Part shown: piece by piece, positions 53,610 through 64,000 of the stretch
How the letters are laid out: each line of letters begins with the position of its first letter
Position numbering within the stretch: position 1 is the first letter of the stretch
Source: Octopus sinensis
Taxonomy: Eukaryota
NCBI RefSeq assembly: GCF_006345805.1
Contig: NC_043000.1
Coordinates: 128,402,001 to 128,466,000 of the forward strand
DNA: 64,000 nt
Direction: 5' to 3'
Position numbers and translations under genes: made by a program
Notes under the pieces: model-generated
Told to the model about the DNA's origin: nothing
The model's input: the letters and a program-made list of their open reading frames with translations, nothing else
Database searches by the model: none

Positions 53610-53745
53610 TATTTTTTCACTCTCCATTTTTTCCTCTTGGTCCTTTCCGTTGAAGAGTGTAGGCTCAAAATGCAAAAGACTTTTCCATTCTTCCCTAGCA
53701 TTAAACTAATATACCTGCTTGTCTTTTGTCTTCTGTAAATTTGAA
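53610..53745 (+). mobile_element. Decayed Penelope-type short element with a mutated hammerhead motif, inserted in a family A SINE
   Basis: ctttccgttgaagagtgtaggctcaaaatgcaaaagacttttcc aligns with 57491-57535. The flanks are family A SINE body. Confidence 0.55.
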
Positions 53746-54219
53746 CCACACACACACACGCAATGGACTTCTGCACAGTTTCCATCAACCAAACTCATTC
53801 ACAAGGCATTGATTGTCTGGGGCTATAATAGAAGACACTTGCTCAGGGTACTCAGCAATGGGACTGAATCCAAAACCATGTGGTCACAAAATGAGCTTCT
53901 TATCCACACAGCCATGTTTCAAAAATTCAAAACAATTAAAAAAAATGATTAATAACTGTTTAAAAATGAGGTTTTAATAATTATTTAAAACTTTTAAAAT
54001 CTTATTGAAAGAGGATTTAAAGCTTCTGCTTTAATGGAACAAGCAATATGTTGTGGCACACTTTCTATATGTACGTGTGTTCATACATATACATTCACAC
54101 ATTGTGCACGTATGAACTTTAAATTGTATGTACACAACCAAATATTATATAAGCTAACTCAGTCATGCAAATAGTGAATGTAAGGCATATATATATTTAT
54201 ATACACAAGGAAAAACATT

Positions 54220-54628
54220 ACTCTTTCACTCTTTTACTTGTTTCAGTCATTTGATTGTGGCCATGCTGGAGCACCGCCTTTAGTCGAGCAAATCGACCCC
54301 AGGACTTATTGTTTGGAAGCCTAGTATTTATTCTATCAGTCTCTTTTGCCGAACCGCTAGGCTATGGGGACGTAAACACATCAGCATTAGTTGTCAAGCA
54401 ATGTTGGGGGGACAAACACAGACATGCAAACGTATACACACACACACATATATATATACATATATATATACAACGGGCTTCTTTCAGTTTCCGTCAACCA
54501 AATCCACTCATAAGGCTTTGGTCGGTCTGAGGCTATAGTAGAAGACACTTGCCCAAGGTGCCATGCAGTGGGACTGAACCTGGAACCATGTGATTGGTAA
54601 GCAAGCTACTTACCACACAGCCACTCCT
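54220..54628 (-). mobile_element. Family A SINE, full length
   Basis: Same structure as 9231-9623. Confidence 0.92.
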
Positions 54629-55667
54629 ACAGAGGTCTTAATAATTATTTAAGACTTATGAACTTTAAAAGGTATGGGCTTATGGGTGCTGGTGTCACAG
54701 AAAAAGCACCTATACCAGTGTCACGTAAAAACACTAGTGCCAGTGCTACATGAAAGTGCCTAAGCCGGTACCATGTAAAAAGAATCCAGTACACTCTGTA
54801 AAGTGGTTGGCATTAGGAACAGTATCCAGATGTAGAAACCATGCCAAAACAGACAATAAGAGCCTGGGCAGCTTTCAAGTTGGCTAGCTCTTGTCAAACA
54901 GTCCAACCCATGTCAGCATGGAGAAAAAAGGATGTTAAATGATGATGATGATGATCATGATGATGGGATGCAGGTATAATTTTAGATTCTAGTTTAGGTG
55001 ATGGTGTTATTTAGAGAGGAGAGAGAGAGGGTAAAAGAGAGAGATAGGTTTCAGCAAATGGATTGAACAAGTTACGTTGTTAGTTCATTTTATGCAGTAT
55101 ATAACTTTTTGAAAATATCTGTCCTTTCACTAAGAGGTTCATTCAGAGTGTCTGTTTAAAATTTTGTTTGTGTGTGAATAAGTATTTTATAAGTTTCAGC
55201 TGTGCACAAGTAGCAAGCTTTTGTTTTCTTCCCATTTATGTTGTACACGGTGCATTAGGTAACTGTAAAAACAAAACCAAGAAAAATATAAGCACCAAAT
55301 AGATAAAACAGCATATTCCATGAAACAAAAAACAATCTAAAATGGCACACAGGTTCAACTAGATTCACCAAAGAATCAGGCTATTCAACAAAAATGTCTT
55401 CGACCACAGAAGTGATGCCATACTAAGATCAGGTGGGCCCATTCCCATGCTGCTCATAACAACAAAACCCAATAAGAACTTGACACAATGGGGTTACTGG
55501 CTGGTCTTCCTTTGTAATGATACTGTAGATGCAGTAGTGCAGAGGAGGAGGGGTTCATATCAAGAGAGTTAGGAGGCCACAGATTCATGTGCTTCTCGCA
55601 GGTCTTGCTGGGCATGAACTATTATTCTCTCTCCTTTTCATGTAGGATATGCATTGGATATTCCAGA

Positions 55668-55704
<37 letters not shown>

Positions 55705-57457
55705 TTGTATGAAAGTAAAATTACTTAAGTTGGTACATTCTTGTGAAGGAGAATTTCTCCATTTCCCCACATTTCCAATCTGGTTTTGTCTTTTAAAGCA
55801 TTTAATTTATTTGTTTATCAAAATACACAGAATTTCCTTATAAATCGTCATTATCATCATCATCATCATCACTGCTTTAATGTCCACTTTTTTATGCTTG
55901 TATGGGCCACATGGAATTTACTGAGGTAGATTTTCTATAGTTGGATGCCCTTCCTATTATCAATCCTTATCAGTTTCCAGGTTATTTAATATTTCCTCAT
56001 AAGCGAGCATGTTTTCACAGAAGATTGGAGACAAAAGGACCCCACTTGTATGAAGGTGATGTTTGTTTACAACTGCGCAATGACAATTGACACCTCCATG
56101 TGCACACACATATGACAGGCTTCTCTCAGTTTTTGTCTACTTTGGCTGGCCCATGACTATAGTAAAAGACATTTTGCCCAAGGTGCTGCACAGTAAGACT
56201 CATGCCTACAAGTTATGTTTGCACCAATCACCACCATTTCATTTCATTTCATTTCCTTTTTATACTGCTGTGATCAACATGTTTTCTCGTTCTTAAAAAT
56301 ATGCATGTAGGAAAGTTGCACTTTTTCTTTTCAATTTGTCCTCATAAATGTCTCTTTATCTGTCACCCTTGTGGCAAATAAAGATTATAATAATTATTAT
56401 TACAACTTATGATGATGATGATGATTATCATCATCATCGTCATCATAACCATCATCATTATTAATATTATATTCTTATCATCATCAGCTTGACCTAACTT
56501 TGACATGTCTGCTGTATTTCCTGTAGGGTAGAGATAACTGTTTTTTTTTAATACTGTGCCTATGTGTTGTGTGTTGTGTTGTATGTGTGTGTGTTCATAG
56601 AGATTGGAAGTGAAATGGGAGTGGGTGGCAGAAATTTATATAACTACACTACACTTCACTTACACAAACTATACTTAACACACACACACACACACACACA
56701 GCTGCTTGTCAGGCTAACCATTATATTCTCCACACACACCCTCTACTATCAAATAATAAACTAAAAAAACATTCCAAAGCCAGTCAAATAAGCAGGAGGA
56801 GGAGGAACAGGCTGAGGGGAAATGGTAGCAGGAGATGATGTGAAAGAGAGGAATGATGCACTGAGGCCTGTGACAGAGCCCACAAATTTAAGGAGACAAT
56901 AGATGAACTGATGTTTTCTATCTCTCTCTCTCTATCTCTGTCTGTGTATGTATAAATATATTGTGTGTGTATCTGCCTGGTGTGGTTTAATGTATATATT
57001 ACTAGGTGCTTATCTGGTTCTCTGTGTTGCTGTGTACAAATGCACACACACACACTATGAACATATGTATATGCATGTGTACATCATAAATATATATGAA
57101 AGAGAGAGGGGAGAGAGAGAGAGAGCCATTGTCCTTGCACACTGACACTCGTTTGACCTTGTAGAAATAACCAAATCTTTGTGACACTCACTGAACCAGC
57201 TAGGAATAAAAATGAAATCTCTTTCAAATCAAACCTTATTGTCTAAAATGAACCACACACTGGATTAAGTAGTCTCAGATACACAATATCTGAAAATATG
57301 ATGGAACAATCATGTCCAGAACAACTTTTTGGCATCAAACTGCTTGACATGAAGATAAACAACAATAACAACAATAGCAACAGCAGCAGCGGTGGTGGTA
57401 GACCTGTGAGTAGGAATCAATGGTTATGAGTTCAAACTCAGCCTCAGCCACTGCACA

Positions 57458-57620
57458 CATTTTTTTCTCTCCTTGTTTTTTTCTGTGTCCCTTTCTGTAG
57501 AAGAGCGTAGGCTTGAAACGTAAAAGACTTTTTCTATTCCTGAGCGTTATACTAATACATCTGTTTGTTTTGTACACCACCTGTCTTCATCTTTTGTTTT
57601 TTTTCGTAAACTCTCACTAC
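57458..57620 (+). mobile_element. Penelope-type short element with a variant minimal hammerhead (57491-57526)
   Basis: CUUU-CUGUAGA-a-GAGC-guag-GCUU-GAAA-CG-UA-AAAG. Stem I, stem II, a palindromic ACGU stem III and a GUA triplet are present, but core position 6 is U rather than A. Confidence 0.6.
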
Positions 57621-57819
57621 ATACATATACATGGATGTAGAGGACACCTGAGGATGGTAGTAGCTTGAACTGATTGAACTGTAACATCAGCAGTTAATAC
57701 CTGAATGATGAAGTGCAATAGTCAATTATGACAACAAACTGTCCTAAAATTAAATGGTCTACTGTGCTAAGTGTAAAAAGTTCAATCTGAAGAAAACCAA
57801 ACTATAAAAGATTTATATA

Positions 57820-58245
57820 TTGGGTTGGCAAAAAAGTAATTTTGGTTTTTTGGTGTGAAATAAACGTCATTTTTCTTCATACAAAGAATGAATTTTAACC
57901 AATTATATATTTTCCATTTTGTTTGATGATCTTTTGCTATCTTTCTAGCAACTTCATGATTCTGCACTCATAGAACTTTTGGTTCTTATCAGCCCAAAAC
58001 TGAAGCAAGTGTGATTTCAGGTCTTCACCATTATTGAAAGTTTTACCATTCAAGGAATTTGAAAACTTCAATATAAGTGGTAATCTGATGGTGCAAGGTC
58101 AGGGCTATATGGTGGATATGACATCACTTCTCAACCAAGTTCCAATAATTGTTCATGTGTTAGCAAAGATGTGTGTGGTCTAGTGCTGTCATGGTGGAAC
58201 ATGATTCCTTAATGATTTGCCAATTATGGCTATTTTTCAGCTGAG
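57820..58245 (-). mobile_element. Mariner (DD34D-type) 3' remnant with one TIR
   Basis: TA|TTGGGTTGGCAAAAAAGTAATTTTGGTTTT resembles Hsmar1/cecropia-type TIRs. The minus-strand translation FHHDSTRPHTS...YPPYSPDLAPSDYHL...SLNGKTFNN...QNGKYII contains stops and a frameshift. Confidence 0.88.
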
Positions 58246-58959
58246 CAGACTAGGTAATATGAAGTGTTTTTTCTAATGTGCTGCCTGAGCCCACAACATT
58301 ATGATCTGAGTTCACCAATAACCAATATAGCTATTTGTAAATGTAAGTATGTATGTCCATGTCAATGAAAGATAATATACACATTCGCGATAAAACAATA
58401 AACTTGTGCATGAAGTAAAAATACCTAATGTTATTTATTTCATCTGAGCTACACAAATACTCCCGTGTCATTTTTGTTATTAGAAATGCAGTAAACTTAA
58501 ACATAACTGTTCACAAAATAAAATTAAAACAAGTTATACTGTATTGTGCAGTGAGACTGTGACCACAGCCACTGATTATGAAAGATGATTTATGTGAAGG
58601 CTGGAAACAACTGTATATAGTTTGTGAGATGTATGACATTGTTGATATATTTAACATGTGTACAGAGGGTGTGGCTATTCAATGTATGTTTCAGGGATGA
58701 TAATTGCAGGTAAGGAGTTGTGTAATATGAATGGATATATCTGATGTGTAAAACAAGTGATATTTCATGCAAGCAACAGGTGGGGATATTAGAAAAATAT
58801 TACAATAGGTAGTTAGGTAAGGTCCAGACAGACAAGCAACAGTTGATGTGACAAAGTTATTCCCTTGACTACTGAAACCTTTATGAGGTTACTTACTTTA
58901 CCTCTCGGTCTGCTGGTTATAGATGTTTGAATGACAAGTGGTGTGTGTGTGTGTGTGTG

Positions 58960-59240
58960 TGTTTGTGGTGACATCAGATATGCACCTTAGATGATACTGG
59001 TAAAAGTAATAGTTGATGTAGCAATCTCAGGGATATATATTACATGTGATATTGGAGAAAGAACCAGCTGATAAAGTGATACTACATATATGCTTTAGAA
59101 GATACTGGTAAAAGCAACAGGTGAGGTGATGATATTAGTTACATACTTCATAAAAGATTGGTACTATGAACAGATGATATCAATATTAAATACACGTGAT
59201 GGGTGATACTAGGGCAAGCAACAGGTGATGGTATTCAAAT
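58960..59240. repeat. Degenerate ~50-55 bp minisatellite
   Basis: The motif gatact(g/a)g(t/g)aaa(a)gcaacaggtga recurs at ~58993, ~59041, ~59101 and ~59205. Confidence 0.5.
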
Positions 59241-59682
59241 GCAATAATGGATCTAGCACTTGACAGCTAATGTGTTGACATCAAATTTATGGAGTTGAAA
59301 AGCTTAAATAACAAAGATCAATGTAGGTGTTGTTTAACCCCAGTTCAACCTTACTTGAGAGAACCTATGATGAAGATATAGTGTATGTAGAACTATATTG
59401 ACCAAGACTTTTTGAAGATGGTAGGGTGTGATTTGAAAGAAGTGTATGTAGCAACAATTTTAGGCAGGCCAAGTAACAGAGCTTCTCATGTCTCATTTGA
59501 TTAACTATTTGAAGAACTGTGATCAACAACCAGTATCATTATCATCATTTAATGTCCGTGTTCCATGCTAGTGTGTGTTGGACCTGTAACATGTAAATTA
59601 CCTATTGGTTCACTATCACTAACAATCTTGTAGACATACAAGAAGAACCATCTTCCCTTCTTTGGATATTTCCTTTTCCTAT

Positions 59683-59717
59683 GTTTCTGACGAAGAGCTC
59701 TGCTTGAAACGTTAAAC
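59683..59717 (+). ncRNA. Minimal (Penelope-type) hammerhead ribozyme motif within a short element (~59660-59810)
   Basis: GUUU-CUGACGA-a-GAGC-ucu-GCUU-GAAA-CG-UU-AAAC. It has a complete core, a 4-bp stem I, a 4-bp stem II and a palindromic ACGU stem III. Confidence 0.65.
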
Positions 59718-61702
59718 CCTCCTTCTTTCCTTAGCGTCCAATAACACTATACTTGTTCCACATCCTCGCGTTGTTGTGTTTTCTCTTTGTTTTCATGTTT
59801 GGATTAACTATATATATATATATATACCCAGAAGCTTCAAGTACATTTGTAAACCCTTCCATCTCTATATAAAATTGAGTCACTTATTGAATATCATTTG
59901 GTTTTATATCGTGAATGTGCCTGAATGTGTGTTTATGCATGTGTGTGTGTATGAGGGGTTGTCTTTTTACTTTATATATTAGTCTTTTAAAAGATGACTA
60001 ATACATATGTATTTGTAGTCACAGCTGGCTGACCTAGCAGTTTAAGTTACCAACTGGCTTTAATCAAGAAAACTGGATTGTGATGTAATCACAACCTAAT
60101 TTTCAGTTGTGTAATCAGATTGCCAACCTAGCCTTTGCTATATGGTTGCTAGTGCTAATACTAATTATGGTTAATAATAATAACAACAACTGATTTAAGC
60201 ACAAGGCTAGCAATTTTTAGGGATATCATTGATCCCTGCACATTAATTTTATTGATCTGAGAGGAAGAAAGGCCAAGTTGACCTCAGTGGGATATGAAAT
60301 CAGAATGCAAAGAGCCAGAAAAAATACTTCAGAGCATTTTGTTCAATGCTCTAATGATACAGCCAATCTATCGCTTTAAAAATAATAATGGTTTCAAATT
60401 TTGGTGGAAAGCCAGCAATTTTAGAGGAGGGGTATAGTTGATAATATCAACCCCATACTTAACTGGTACTTATTTTATCAACCCCAAAAAAGAAAGGCAA
60501 AGCTGACCTAAGCAGAATTTGATCTCAGAATGACAGATGGAAAGTCTATAAGCATTTTGTCCAATGAATTAACAGTTTCGTTAATAATAATAATAATGAT
60601 GATGATGGTGGCTGGATGGAGTCCATATGAAAGATAGAGAAGCCTGCTATTTTTATTTTCAACAGATTCAAATTACCACTTGAAATCAGTAATTCAACTT
60701 GCTATTTATACAGATTATATAACCACTACAAACATTTTCTTGCACTGTTATCACATACATGAACAGCATCATCAACAGCACAACGACGATGATGACAATC
60801 ACCACTATCTACTACTACTACAACTACAACCACCACCACCACCACCGCTACTCCACACCTACTACTTCTACTACCTTTAATAACAACCAACTGGCAGTGC
60901 TCCCACCATCGCTACCACAACCACTATCACAAGCAGTATCACAGCTTTTACATGAAAGTTCTCCAGATACTTTCCAGAAAGTTAGTTGTACAAAGTGCAA
61001 ACTGTACCTCCTGGCTAGTCAGAAAACTGTGCAGCTAATCTTCATGTGATTATGTCAACAACCAACAAAATTAGCTGTTTCGAACTAATTCCAGTTATAC
61101 AGTAACTTTTTTTTGTGTTTTAGTTATTTAATTTTTTTTTACTGCTTCTGATATATAATTAGTTCTAATGTGAGCACAAGGTCGTACATTTTAGAGGAAG
61201 AAGTATAGTCATTGTCAGTGGTTATTTTATTGATTCTGGAAGGATAGAAAGCAAAGTTGACCTTAGTGAGATTTGAACTAAGAAAGTAAAGGACTGAAAT
61301 TTTCCAAGGCGCTGCTCCAGTATGACCACAGTCTAATGACTGAAACAAGTAAAAGGAAAACAAATGTATGCACCAGTGCCATATAATAAGCACGCAGTAC
61401 ACTCTGTAAAGCAATTGGTGTTAGAAAGGGCACCTATCCATAGGAACCATGCCAAAGCAGACATTAGAGCTGAGTGCAATCGTACAAAAATCCTTTTGAT
61501 CACTGGCTCCTGTCAACCTGTCCAAACCCAAACCAGCATGGAAAACAGATATTTAATAATGATGATATATATATATAATGTAATGTGTATATTATATATA
61601 TTACATTACATATATGAAACGTAATACATACACACATACATGCATGCATACATACATGCATGCATGCATACATACATACATACATACATGTATGTATATG
61701 TC

Positions 61703-62014
61703 TCTGGCACTCTGTCCATTATGACGGCAGGAGTTCCAGTTGATCCAATCAATGGAAGAGCCTGCTTGTGAAATTAATGTGCAAGTGGCTGAGCACTCCA
61801 GACATGTGTACTCTTAGTGTAGTTCTCAGGAAGATTCAGCATGAAAAAACTGGCCCTTTGAAACGCAGGTACTATTCATTTTTGTCAGTTGAGTGGACTG
61901 GAGCAATGTGAAATAAAGTGTCTTGCTCAAAGACAAAATGTATTACTGGGAATTGAACTCATGACCTTACAACTGTGAGCCGAATACCCTAACCACTAAG
62001 CCATGTGCCTTCAC
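61703..62014 (-). mobile_element. tRNA-derived SINE, family E
   Basis: The reverse complement starts gtgaaggcacaTGGCTTAGTGGttagggt (A box)...GAGTTCAATTCC (B box), followed by tgagcaagacactttattt...gctccagtccactcaac. Confidence 0.8.
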
Positions 62015-64000
62015 ACACATACATACACACACACACACACACAAATATGAGCACACACATCTAAACAAGATCACTTATAGGTTACAAAGAATAGTGAGGA
62101 AAAAAGAAACATATTTTGCAAAATTTATGAACTGACATTCAGTCTCAATTATATGAAAAGAATGAATGGATATAAGAGAAACCAGTGCCAATCCATAACA
62201 CACAAGCAGCTCATTTTTTCCCTGTAACATTTCAACAGCTAATTGTCAAATGACCATTGTAGCATGGAAAATTGGTTGTTAAAATGTTAATATTAATCCT
62301 GTACATTTTTAGATATTTCTGTATATTTTTAGATATGTCTGTGAAAGTGTCTTGGCATTCATGAAGATAGATGATCTTTCTGAAAACTACCTGAGGCAGA
62401 AGAATGTATTAGAATACTTGGCTGTGTGGTTAAGAAGTTTGCTTTGAAACTATGCAGTTCTAGGTTCAGTTCCCATAGAACAGCATGTTGACAAAGTGAC
62501 TTCTGGTATAACCCCAGGTCAAGCAATGCCTTGTGAGCAGAATACATTGACAGAAACTGAATAGATACCTGTCATGTATGTGTGTGTCAGAGAGAGTAAG
62601 AGAGAAAGAATGTGACTCTAAAATAGTTGTTTCTAATTTAGATACAAAGCTGGCGATTGTGCAGTATAAGACCATAGGAAGGGATGGACCCCTACTTTTA
62701 ACCTAAGAGAACTCCAGAATCAAATGCCCACTCACTTGCATGTGACAATGTGGCACATGACCTCTGACTAAAAGTTCAATAGTCTCACTAAGGATAATAA
62801 AACGCTAAAGAAAATAACACTGACAATAACATTAAAGTGGTGCCCTTACAGATGATTGCTTGTTAAACTACTAAGTCCATGACAGTTTCTGCATTCAGTC
62901 TCATTTCCAGCCATCCTGACCATGTTGTGCTATTGGATCCAGAAGATTCAAGACGAGAGCATGTGGATGGCATTACACAACTTCTTCCTGCTCACGCAAA
63001 TCATAACTTAGGGCCTAAGTAGTGTAAACGTCTTGGAGCTACAAACAGATGGTAAATGTTTTGTTGAAGTGGTTGAAATATGAACATCTGCTAATGAAAT
63101 ACTGCTACTTCCATATTTTCTTCGCTAGTGAGGATACATGGAAAGTGAGGTATACATTATAGCAATCACAATTCTCCAATTATTTGAGCAGTTGCATCCT
63201 CCTTTGCAGTATCATGTGATCAACACAATTTACGATTATTAGAGCCAATGTGTCCATTAATTTCTAAGGCAGTAGGATGTGATTTCAATGACATTTGGTT
63301 GCTGTTTCTTGCAGATGAGCAAGAAACCTGCAAGAGACTCTTTCAATATCAACCTGCCTGGGACTTCCCCCTATTTCTATGATACAAACTTCCTGTATTA
63401 AAGTGATCTAAATTAAGCCCTTTCACCAAAATTTACATCGCAAGCACCTTTTTAATAATGACTGTTATTGTGCTGAATTTGTTATATTTGTCAAAGGCAG
63501 TATGTTTCAACAGAAATATATGTACATATGTCTGTGGAATACTGAGTCACCTACATTTTAATTTATCCAACAAGTGATATCAAACTGAATGCTCATCATT
63601 GAAGCTAGTGGTGGGTTCTGTCATCATGTGTATCAGCATCTATGTCTATGTTTAGGCTTAATAGTTTCAATTATTGGTGTTGTGTCAATAGTGTAATCAC
63701 AGTGATTTGTTAAATATAGAGTAATTAAATAAGTACAAGACTGAAATAAGTACCAGGTTTGATATGATTGACTAAAACCTTTTGAAGATGGCACTTCGAG
63801 ACAGAGAGTATAGAGGACTGTTGTATGAAAGTGAAACAATATCAGAAAAGGTATAGTTGGAACTTTCTCAAGACAAACCACTTTTTTTGCCTTTACAAAC
63901 TCATTGTATGTATATTTTGGTGGTAGTGGTGGTCATGGTAAACTTAGGGTTCCCAAGCCCATTATCACTTCTGCTGCTGCTGCCACTACCAAACAGTAAT

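Overview
AT-rich, microsatellite-dense animal genomic DNA. The SINE and simple-repeat content looks like an Octopus/coleoid cephalopod genome (inference from recognised repeat architecture). The only host coding sequence I can support is one 205-bp minus-strand exon (27910-28114) encoding the N-terminal half of a SPRED-family EVH1 domain. Most of the window is therefore probably very large SPRED introns plus upstream DNA, with a locally CpG-rich candidate promoter at about 43.5-48.6 kb. Mobile DNA includes a full-length but disabled Tc1 IR/DR element (DD34E), remnants of maT (DD37D), mariner (DD34D) and hAT elements, two GG...CC-ended non-autonomous elements with 8-bp TSDs (Merlin-like), a piggyBac-type MITE and many modular tRNA-derived SINEs. 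The most unusual signal is a 4-copy, ~370-bp near-identical tandem array (37657-39147) in which every unit carries a type I hammerhead-ribozyme-like motif, resembling a retrozyme or Penelope-associated array. Three further Penelope-type minimal hammerhead motifs lie at about 53.6, 57.5 and 59.7 kb. Almost all entries in the ORF track are microsatellite or SINE artefacts. Coordinates were counted by eye, and the ends of decayed repeats are approximate.
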